Below are positions 12,012 through 24,000 of a DNA stretch of 64,000 nt, piece by piece; within the stretch, counting starts at the first letter, position 1; the number at the start of each line of letters is the position of its first letter. Below the pieces are notes generated by a model. The model was not told the origin of the DNA and did not search any database. It worked only from the letters and a program-made list of their open reading frames with translations. Where the stretch lies: NCBI GenBank assembly GCA_040954595.2, contig CM082586.2:3142249-3206248 (forward strand). Reading direction: 5' to 3'. The stretch is from Balanoglossus misakiensis (taxonomy: Eukaryota; Animalia; Hemichordata). A program made the translations under genes and the position numbers.

Positions 12012-14196
12012 ATGTATCCACCAAGGTCAAGGGTCAAAAACATGCTACACCTCTATTTGTGTTGGTGTTAACCAGAATCAGCATTTATCTCTCTTAACTG
12101 TTGTGGTTTAGCAGTGTTTAAGCCACAACCATTTTTAGGGGGGGGGGGCATAGGACTCTTTTTTAGAAGAGAAAATTATTTCAAATCTGTGATTTTTGCT
12201 GTTAACAGGATATCACTATAGTTACTGCCACAACTATCACACTATTCAGGCGTTCCCATGATTTGCCTTAGAATTGTTCTATTTTGCCTCGGGACTTTAC
12301 TAATCTCACCTCAGACCTAAACAGAAAAGCCCCTCAGAACTAAACAAGCTGCATGCAGTACATAAAGCAGCCGTGGATTGATTCTTCTCTAACAAGGACT
12401 AATGGTGATTTCAGTTTAAAAAGACTGCAGGCAAGGGTGACGGTGTTGTGCTCAAATGTGACTCCACTATAACATTTTCAACACAAAAATAGAATTCTGA
12501 TGTGTGACGTGCTATGCTTAACAACTGCAGCACAGTTACTATTACCACTAGCGTGATTTGTTAGATTACCATGACAACACATTCCCTCTGATATTATCAT
12601 ATTCACCAGGCTATGATTGAAAGGCTGTCGTATTCATCTGATAATTTGTATCTTTGTCAAAAGGCTGGATTTGAAATATTTTATTGATTAAAAATATGCT
12701 ACAAGTGGCAGCTATTTCTTCAAACTCTTACTGCAGTCAGATGTCGACTATTTTACCCATGGTGCAATTATTATAATTTGACCCCCTAGCATGATGTAAA
12801 AACCTAAACTAAGATTTTAGGTGGTAAAAAATGCAGAGAAATGCTGAACATGTCTTGGATTTAAGAAATTGCAGTAGCTACACCAAACAAAATTATTGAA
12901 ATCATGACAAGTTAGACAAGTTACAGCTAATCATAATATCATCTGCATCACTGGTTCCCCTGATTTCATATAAATAACAGTGTAGCCATGCTAAGAACCA
13001 GGATAGCAGGCACTCCATAAATGACTAGTGGGACTGCTCTGAAAAAGTCAAACTTCAAAAGCATATTAAATGTGAAACAGATGAACTGATTTTAATTGAA
13101 CACTTTGACAACGTGCACATGGGACATTCACCAGTTTTTGTGTCCTGCAAATAACTGTCAGTGTTCTGCTGCTGCCTCATACATATTCGCATTTTAATGA
13201 CTGTCCATTGTTCTAGTATTTTGACACCCCTACTCCTCTTTTGATTCACCTGCACCTGGACACATTTTTCACTCTGAATAATAACTAGTAGCCCATGATT
13301 CTCTGCCACTTTGTTCATTCCACTTTTGGATCTGATGGAGACTGCATGTCTTGGAAAGCTCATGCTTTAGAACCAGCAGAGGTACCATGGCAGTACCAAC
13401 TAGTATATTTCAGTGCTGTCAAACACTCAAGGGATCACAGTGGTGTTGATATGCTGTGGGTCCGTAATACTTCCAGTTCAGTCACTGTCAAACCAATTTG
13501 CCAACAAATTGTGCAGCTGAAGGATGCAACGGACCAACAGCAACACCACAGCACTGCAATATTGGAACTGGTCAGCTCCGCGCGCGCGTTCGCGCTAATG
13601 GGGAAGCCTTTAGCGCGTACGCGCAAACAACAACTGACAGTCCCATCTCTCCCGTGATTGCATCTGTCGGGAACCGGATTTGGCATTTGACAGGGGATGG
13701 ATTGTACGGTTGTGTGTGGAAACTCAACTGACCAATGGAGACATTTTTCTAGCCATGTCCTCCCTCATGTCATGATGTCTGCTGTTCATTTCATTGGCGC
13801 AACAGAAAATCGGAATGGATCATAAGACAAGCAAAGTGTGCAGCTTGAAGTTGAGGAGAACACATCTGCTCCCCACCCCCGTGACATGGACAGAATGCCA
13901 ATGATCGCGCACATGGTCACTGCCAGATTGATGTGACGTTCGATCATGTCAACAGAACCGTGTAAACCCATAGGAACCCGTGCAGATGAATATGGATGGA
14001 CGCATATCGCATGCCGCAACTGCACAACGCACGCGAATCTGCATCGAGCGATCGGACATACTGGCAATCACCAAACTAACTGAGAAAGTACGCTACAGTT
14101 TTGAAGTAGCATCGCCCACCTTTGGAATTGACTTTGTAGTCTCGTAGTACTTTCTTGCATGGTGTCTCTTCTATGTGCTTTGATATTGCTCCAAGT

Positions 14197-14717
14197 CGCC
14201 ATCTTGATTCGTTTGCTAATCAGATGTTTATTTGGGTAGTTGCTACCATTAAGAAAAAGGGGTGTAGTTTTTCGAATTAGCAACACAGACTTTCTACTTT
14301 TGAATTGCTATGAGTCTACGGTCAGATACAACCTGTATTTTTTTTAATTAATACGCTTAAAAATCCCCTAACAAGTTTGATAACTTATCCGATGTGATGG
14401 GGTCGAGCAATCAGGTTAAACATTGTTGAACTCAACATAGTTTAGTCCCCTGACACTAATATCTTGTGGGGTTCAAGGGCGAGCTCATTAGCTATGTACA
14501 GTAAAAAGCACCCACAGAACGCGAATCGAAGCAAAAAAATAAAAAGTTCGATGCAGCTGGCACTTTTTCTTGAACCTTCTTGTGCGCAGCTGAGACAAAT
14601 TTACTTTTTCCTCGCAAAATTATCGAAGAAGTGAGCAAGTTGATTAAATTGCAATGCATTGTGGGAAGCAGAATTCGCACAAACAACAACAGAGGTACTG
14701 AATTTCAATATGGCGGC
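14197..14717. promoter_or_regulatory. Probable bidirectional promoter shared by FBXO10 (-) and NCOA (+)
   Basis: Outward-facing YY1-type motifs CAAGATGGCG (minus, 14206-14197) and CAATATGGCGGC (plus, 14706-14717), CpG-richer flanks (about 13.5-15.8 kb), and plus-strand donors GTAAG at 14799 and 14846. Start sites are inferred, not observed. Confidence 0.55.
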
Positions 14718-14837
14718 AGTACTGGGGACCAACGGAGTAGTCTACCGTATGTATTCCCCGAATGCTCGTCCCCGCAGCAACTACAGTTAAAAAAACGGGT
14801 AAGGTCAATGATTTCTTAAACCCGCCTTCCACATCCG

Positions 14838-17800
14838 ATGGTTAGGTAAGCTGGTTTTCGCGTTCTGTCCCCCCAAAATTACTCCCAACTTGTTCCCATC
14901 TTTTATTGCTCGGCTCCCAAGATGCTAAGCCGTGTGTGTGTGTGGGCCGTGCCTGCAATAGTTGGTCGTACGCATTTTCTTCCGACTATTTGTGAAAGCT
15001 GTCGCTTTGCAGTTGTTTTCCCGTCATCTGCCGAAGAAAAGAGGCCTTCGTGATTATATGACACATCTGCCCAGTTTTGTGCGACTTTGTCGCAAAGTTG
15101 TTGCAGCAATGAAATCGACATGGCCAAACTCTCAGCGAGCGCTTTCGCAGTTTTCGTCGGCTGCGAGTCCGAATTAAATTACGTAACATTAAGAAGCAAA
15201 AACTTCTGTAAGGAAACTCGCTTTCAGCGAATTCCACTGCGTGTCATTTGCACGGTACGAAGGGGACTTTCCTCAGAAAGTTAAAGCATGGGTTATGGTT
15301 TTTACGGGAGTTATTGTTGACATTTTTGCGGTATGCATGAAGCGAGAACATGTCGATCTCTGATGCTGGGAGGTGGGCCGAGTTACGTGGTCCCCCGTCG
15401 TATCAAGTATCGTTCAGAAACATCTACACGCTGTGCGCATACGATGACCTTAGACAGATCTAAACTCAAAATGTCATGGTTTTATCACCAATTCTGGACG
15501 GGTTAAGTTGTATCAAACATGCAGGCTTTTTTTCCATCGCTGATCATGTTTTTTCCCCCAATACCATGGCCCCATCTCACGCTATTATCCTAGGCGTGCG
15601 GGCAATATTATTATGCAGTTGCAGTGTAACAGTGGGGTCCGGTCTTTGATCAAGGTCGAGCGCCTATTGAAACGACTACCATGCACTTCGCTTTTCAATC
15701 AAAGATGGTCTTTTGAGCATTCGGTCCCATTGTTGCACCATCTGTGGGACCGAACCACAAAATAGACGACCAGACATCTTACACACAGGCTGGAGTGAAA
15801 ATGTTTGCATAATAATGCAAATGTTTTTCAGAAGCAGTGTGGCGTGCTATTGTTAATGTATGTTGTGTATATTTCACAATGTGCGGATTTGTAAACAAAA
15901 CAGTTCATAACAGTTTGATTACCTGGATTTGTTTGAGAACTGCAAAAAAATGCTGTTTTTAATATGGCTTGGTTTATGGCTGTATGTAGATATCTAAAAT
16001 TGTATGTAGATTCAGAAACATGTTCATCCTAGAATGGGTCAAGGTCATCACAGCTTGGAATAAGCCATACCATTAAAACATGGTCTCCTATATTCTATTA
16101 AAATAAATGTAGACAACAAGTATAATTAATTAGCCAATGAAGCTGAACAGGTGAATGCATAATGAAGAAAAAATTAAAAATCTGCCGCACTTTTATGAAA
16201 ATGTTTTGTTTACAAAATACATAGCAGATGAGCCCCCGGAGAATAACTTTTGTTCTGTGGGTGAGATTTCAAAAATGCAATATGGTGCAAATGTTTATTT
16301 TCTTTGTGTGTTTTTTTTTGTATAGAGTAGACTGCTTATTTTGTCTTTGCAATTCATACACGTATGGCGCATTTGAATACGAGTTTGTTAAGCATTTGAA
16401 GGAAGTCGCAGATATTTGACTTCAGATTATATATATAATGTGTAGTCTCATCAGTTCTGCTGTGGCATTTTATGTCAAAACATAGCACAGAATTTTTCAG
16501 TAGCTGTGTTTGACTCATGATTTCCATGTTTTATGATGTTGTGGACAATAAAGATACTCTATTCGTTCTCTTCTCTTCTGTTTATTTCTGAGACTTGCCC
16601 TTAAATGGGCATATGGCCTATATAAGTATAATTATAAGAGCATTGAGCATTTGACAAAATAAGCTAGAATATAGAATACAAGTTTATAAATAGTAAACTC
16701 AAATTTGTATGATATTTTGGACAATAAAGATATACTATTTTATTCTTTTCATTGTTGTTTAAGAAAAACAATGTTTCAGCCATTTGAGCAGAGTATTTTG
16801 TTTAAAACAAACTCCCACTCACAAGCATGAATCCCTGCATAATTTATGCCTGCCAGCCAATTGATAGTTGGTATGTTTCGCCATGGATGATTGCTATACA
16901 TCCTACATGTATTAAATATTGACTGATTTACATTGTCTTCCATTTAAGTTTTATTGACAGAGTAATAATGATTCATCAATCAACAGAGTTTACTGTTAGT
17001 TTCGAATATGAATGTAAATATATACATGCAAATGTGGGAATCTAATACAGGGAATAGAGTATCTCTTGGCAAAACAACCAATCATTAAATAGGCATATTG
17101 TCTGCCCTTTAATATTACGTTGGGTGGTTGACATGTAGCCACCCATATTCTACTATTACCCATGTTCTCCCCAGAACTATTAAATCACAGTAGCCACTAC
17201 TACTGGTATTACATTTTGGCAAAACAACAGAAATTATTGCCATAGCAATCTTGTCTATTGTTATGCAAATAAGCATCCCGAACAGCAGGAATTCCTGGAA
17301 AGAACACTGATTATTAAACTGGGTCAGAGAGAGATAGAGAGAAATCCAATGCCATGGATGAAGTACATGTTATTTGATGATTTCCATTATCTCATTATGT
17401 TCAAATAATGAGTGTGGTATTAAGTTGGGGAAGGAGGATTTGAGGCTAGCTTTAGGGGATACAACTCGTGATCATATTAGCAAGAATGACAAGACATTTC
17501 CCTGGCATATTTACTAATATAGGGATGTATACAGCAGTTGTTGTTACCAGACAAAAAGCTGTGTAGGTGTGAACCAAAAAGGCCGAGTCAGCTGTTAAAA
17601 ATCCTGAACAAATTCAATGGAAAATTCCTCTTCTACGTCCCTTTCTGAATACAACAACTTGCCCACTTTTGCGCTTCATTTCTGGTGTAACTAATCTGTG
17701 TGTTATGGCAGCGAAAGAGCGCCGTGAAATTCAGTTGAAATTGCGTTGCCTTGCAGGGTGTCTGAACTACCAGCAATCTGGCCTGTTGTCGTGCCAAGTT

Positions 17801-20800
17801 TGTGGCACAGTCTACGCTGTGTTGATTGAATTCCTGTGTCTAGACAGCCAAGTCCAATGAAAAAACTTGTACCCCAATATTTGATGTGTGTTTGTTTGTT
17901 TGTGTGTCTGCTCTCAAACTACCAAACTGAACACCAGTATGTGCATGTATATGACTCTAAGCCAGACAAAGTTGTTAATTAATAAGGCGCTTTACACTAA
18001 ATTTGCAGGACTGTGTGTCACACTCCCGGCAGGAAGAGACCATACTGTATTCAGCAACAGATCTCTTGTACATCATGGCAACAGTATAAAACTGTATCAC
18101 CACATTGAACATGTTGTTTAAATAGTTACTAAAGAAAACTGCAAGGATCTCAAGCACAAAGGCATACAATAAAACTGTGGAGGTGGAAGTATGTGGAATC
18201 AATCGATTCAGAACGGCAATTGTCTGCTTAATTTGGCATAAAAGACATTCACAAAACCACAAACAGCGGCTCAATCTGCATACACCAGCATGTAGAAGTT
18301 GTGGGTAAAGGAATGACTCCTTTCAGGTATTCTCAATAAATGTCTTCATTCTCACTTTTAGTTTTACTCTTCTTGTCCTAATGTCTTTCAGTGATTGTGT
18401 AGTGTTGGTGATATGAAAGTAGAATTCATTCGAAACACTTCTAAATTCTTATGATAAAAAAAACCCAGACATCAGCCTACTAGTTTGTTAATCTCCACCA
18501 TCGTTATAATTTATAAGATCTTCCGCATGATTGAAGTAATGGTATATATTTTATCAAAACTAGTGTTTGTTACAAAAAGTATTGATATATTAGCATTTCT
18601 CTATGTGACTGTTTCACCCCTGAAAACTGGACAGGGTAACTGATACACTTCTCCAGTGAGAAAACTATGCCAAGGTCATGAGCAGTATGGTTCTCACTTT
18701 TCCCCCATTGTGAGGCTCGCAGAGATCTATCTGCAGTTCAACACATACCTTGAATGCATGGACTATCACTGACCTGCCATGGAAAAAAATTCATGCATTC
18801 TGATTTTGACGATAGGTGATTTTGTTTACGTAATTCAGGATGTCAGAGTTTTGACTGTATGGTGCTGAAAGTGTTGGTCCATTCTTTCTTCAAGTCCTGA
18901 CTCCTTGAGAAATAATTGCCTCTGTTGATATCGCGAAAATTTCCCGTTTTACAGTATGTAGAGGATGACCCAGGCTGACAAATGTCTGACGTGCTTCCCA
19001 GCAACTGTTGTCTTGCAAAGCTTTTTTTCACGATATAATGTTTAATCCCCGTCAACAGCCTCGGCTGATTCTATCAGGGCTGTTAGAGGACTTTTTTTCT
19101 CTTAGAAAAAAGTTGAATCTCACTCATGGTACTATAGTAGAAGTCATGTGTGAAATGGTACTATTAGCATACTTTATCAGCTGTTCTGATAATTAAAGGG
19201 TTTGTATCGGCATGTCTGTGGTAGGCGCAAAGTGTAACTGCTACAGCACACATCATTGCAAACAGTGAGGTTGTGACTTTGCGTTAGTTATTACACTGTA
19301 CATTATGGCAAACAACACATGGTTACTTTTTATCACATTTCCAGGTTGCTCTGATATTCCGTGTGTTGGTTGATAGGGTCTCCCTGAACATCCTATCCTG
19401 TGTAATAGACAGAGAAGTCGCACGTGCAGTTCAGACTACCCTCCCCTTTGATTTTCAACTCATGTTCACCTTCGTATGTGCTTTGGTCAACTGAGAGGAA
19501 CATATATTTGTTTTACAATTGAGTCTGTTAAAATACATGTACCATAAAACTTGACCATATGTAATGATTTATCTGAGCCCACGCTTTTCTCTGAACATAT
19601 GTGTATGTATACTGTGGTCTGTGTAATTACTCAGTGTATTGTGATGCAAGACTTTTTGGTTCTCATAAATTTTTCAGTTGCCAGCTTTTGTCACTCAGTA
19701 GAAAAACACCTGACATTGCTGGACAAAGCAAGGTCAGATGGTGATAAAGAAAGCTCCATTCTGATTGGCTAGCCCTAACCTTGAAGCCTATCAACTCCCA
19801 ATCACCGCCCAGCTTGCTGGTGTCGCATAAATAATAAGTCATCTGGTCTGTTCTTTAATGCTTTCTGTATTAACCTCTGCGGGGATGAATGTCACTGGGG
19901 CATACATGCATCATTCAGGGAGTTGGGAGTAATTAACCTGTTTAGCGCCGGTTGCACGCGATAAAGGCAGCCAGCTCATTCACCACTGCTGAAACACATA
20001 AAACAAATAACTGGCCAGCTTGATCAAGTGTAACACAGTAGACTGGTGGTTTTAAAGACAAAGTGGTGCTAATTAGGTCCTCCAGTGCAGGGAACGGCAC
20101 TTGACATGGCGTTTACTTAAGCTGTTTACTCTGAGGTCCGAACGACATACCTGTGTAATGTAACGAGGCCTTGAGGAGTGCTTTTTTTATGTAACCGAAG
20201 ACGTCACATCACCGTTCACTGAAAACCTTCACTGCATAAACAGAAAGCAAGCAGTATTCAGTTGCAACTACTGATTGCCCTTCAAAATCAAAGACGAACT
20301 TGCCGTGTGAAAAAGTAAACAAACACAATAACGACAGATTATTAAAAATTAAATATGCCGGTAATACTGCAGAAATTATATTAAAATGCTATAATATAAA
20401 GTAAACAAACAAAATAACGGCATGGCAGATTATTGAACATTAAATATGCTGGTAATACTGCAGAAATATTATTAACGTGCAATCTGTACAATTTTATCAT
20501 GCCCCCCCCCCCTAGCCAGTAGTACAAATGTAGAACTAAACCCATAACTTTTTGCCAGCAACATACTGTACCGCGTGTGGTGAGAAGCGGGCGGAGCTAT
20601 GGATCACTGGGGAAAAGATATTCAGAGCTTACTGTGCAAGTGTTACGCATTTCAGTTGCTTAAGAAGAGGAACTATGAATATGATTGGGAATGGCATTTG
20701 CGAGAGAAATCACGGCAGTGTAAATCGCGAAATGCTGTTTGATCTGCCCCACTGACCAAGTTCTCTTGTTTATCCCGCTGTTTCAGATGATTTATGGATC

Positions 20801-20964
20801 TGACTGTTTTTTTTTCTCACAGGACACAGCTGGCTGCCCCAGCCTGCCTCGTTTTCATACTAACTATATCATCCTCGCTGCCATTTATCTTGGTATGGCT
20901 CCACATGTACATGTAATGAACGCAAAGCACTATTCATAACGCACACGCATGCACACGCTTACAG

Positions 20965-21008
<44 letters not shown>

Positions 21009-24000
21009 CCCATTTGAAGAAACAACCGCGTCTCCTTCTGAGATATAATGATGTTTTTTGGCGGGGTTATTTGTGTGAAAGTGTATTTGTTTCTGTCATT
21101 CCACATTCTGAAACGCTGTAACCAATTACATGTATGTCTAACCATCACGGCTACTCATATCCGGTAAAAGATTCAAAGTCGCATATTGTGATGATAATTT
21201 TGGTATTTGCGTACATGTTATATGGATTTTGTCCTCATGTTATATTCACAAGTACAGCAATGGGCCGTGAAGCTGAGGACGGATCTCAAATCACGAAAGC
21301 TTCAAAATACAGATAATCTCCGTAACGAAAAAAAAGATCTGAAACGATGATGAATGCAAACAAAGTAGCATTTTATACAGTACTAAAACACAGGATCAGA
21401 TAAAATGTCATGGAACACTGATTGTTGTAAAATGTTCTCAATTGCGGAGAACTAAGTTTTTTGTCTGAGATACGGAAGTCTGACGGTAGGGAAGATCATC
21501 TTCGCTCTTTGAAGATACCTAATCTTCACCATGGGGTCCCATGTATTAAATTCTCATAAGTCGCTGTGTTTTCAATTTCGTGCAGCTGCACGTGACCAAG
21601 TGATAGTTTATTGAAAACCACTCATGCGCAAAATCAAATAAAGGATAAATGTACCTATAATAGCTGAAAATTAACTTGCTATGTCTTCTGAAGACATGGG
21701 AAGGATGTGTAAATCTACATTCTTTGTGTCTTTCAAGTTCTGGTTCATTGAAATTATCTCTTGTGTGATTTTCTCGGAATTGAATGTGATCGTACTGTTT
21801 GTGAATACGACAACGTTCTCCTTGACCTGAACTCTTGCAACCTGGGTTGTGCAGTATACTTTATAAGCTTCGGACTGCCTTGTGTGTGCTCAACAATGGA
21901 GCTGAGCAAAGCTGGGCTCTGACTGTGTGTATATGCAACAATGAAGCCAAGCAAAAGATGGGGCCCAGTGAGTTGGCATAGCCAGAACACTCGCATGAAT
22001 GTGTTTGTGCCCCATGCTGTTACTCCAAAACTCCGTCTTATGAATATTTGTCTGTCAATTCCACAGTTGCCGAATGACAATGTCTGTCAAATTTGACCCA
22101 GTCATCTAAAGAAAAACTCCACAAAAAAGGTGCACAATGCACACTCTCACCCAGACTAGAACTTTCGGACAGTGCTTTGAACAAAGCAATCAAAATCTAG
22201 TGCTGCATCTTCAAATTCTTGTGTTTGCCTGCTCGTCAGCCCCTGATGGCTGTCACGTTAGTTCACACAGCAGTACAATTTCAATCCTGTATTACAAAGT
22301 AGTCACAATAAAGTACATTGTAAATCCAGTTTCATGAGTTACCACCGCAGCAGTATCAATTTACTATCACATTTTATGAGTTGTTTACTGAAAACATAGA
22401 GCAAACCATTCAAACATGTTTTCTTTTCCCATCCCAGAAATTATTTGTTGGAATGTCCCAAGTGACTAATAAAATTTAGGATTCCAAAATGACAGACACT
22501 AAACCAAATGTGTCATATTTTCAGATGTTCGTGAATTTCTGATGTTCATACATTTCCATTTTTACTCACAATTCATAAGAATTACAAGAGCAAAGATATT
22601 GGTTTCTAAATTCGAATAGATGCTTTTATTTGACCAAGTGATTGCATATAAATAATCATGAGCTATTTTTGGAGCTCTTGAAGAGCTCTCAAAGATGGCC
22701 CTAGATATCAATCAGGATAGGTATCACACCACCAGAACCTTTGGTAACTGTTGCTACGACACACCCGTGTAGGCTTGTTTCATATCTCCAAGAGCTCCAA
22801 AGAGCTGTATTTATAAGCTTTAAATCGCCTATCATTAAGTAAATAACGCAACACACACATGTGGTCTGTGGTAGGCCAGTGGGTAATCAAAACGTGATAC
22901 CTTTGACCTGATGGGGTCACCACACAACTTTGTAAGGTCAGAGGTCACCACAGGACTGTAATCTTTGCCCTGTTTGCTTAGTTCACAATGTGAGTAACAG
23001 GTCCAGGAACTTTGCATACAAAGAGAGCATTTCCAGCTTTGTAACTTCCAGTGTTGTTTAATTAATGAATCACACCTCATCCGTTTCCTGCGATAGGATA
23101 GGATGAACTATTCTGAAATAAACGAAATACAAACTATCATTTATATATGCCCATTATATGGTTAAAAGTGTGCATCTCTGTCTTCAAACAACTGTGTGGT
23201 AACGCATATTATTCGCATTGCCACCTGGTAAAAATCTTTGATTGGTCTGGTTTCAACTTTCCATGATATTAACTGAAGCAAAATTTGCATATACCTTTCA
23301 ATGAAAATCATATAGCACCATTACCCTTTTGAGAAAGAATTTGCAGGTCTACCTGCAGTCTGCTCAGAAATTGAACAATGATAACTCAACATGACATAAT
23401 AAAACTCGGATAATATTTAGCAATTCAATGTCATCTGTATATGCATTGATTTTTCCCCTTTTCATAAACAAAATAGTCGATGTGTATAGTCCTTGAAACA
23501 CCCTAGTTAATATGTTACATCGCCAAATAAGGGTCAGCCCACTTGAACCTGAAAACTAACTTCCCTCGAAAATTCCTGACTATATGGCCAAACCTCCGTA
23601 ACTGAAGTAGAATAATGACGGAGTCAGGAAAGATTCCATGTCAAGGTTTGAGTCGGATGTAACACGGGGTAAGTAGTTTCAGCAATTCCGTTAGGCCATT
23701 TACAAAGTATTGATTTTCCTCCTACCTTTATTTGTTGAGCTCCAAGGACACATGAAGTTTACAAGTATGCATTTGACTTGCAGGCTCCCTCGAGTTACAT
23801 TCATTAGTGTTTTTTGTGTGGCGTGGTGCAATTATTTATGAAGGCAGGGAAAGCTTCCTTGTTTCCTGCATGTAGTGTGCTGCATTAGAGATCCGTTTTA
23901 TCCAAAAACTGACTGTCTAGTTTGCCGACAGGTGTGTATTAGTAACTTGAAATGAAATAGTCTGCTATAGCTTGACCATAGGAAAACGCGAGTGTCATAA

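Noticed and set aside
21040-21660. Possible further non-autonomous transposon
   Set aside because: Composition looks repeat-like, but I could not define TIRs, a TSD or a second copy.
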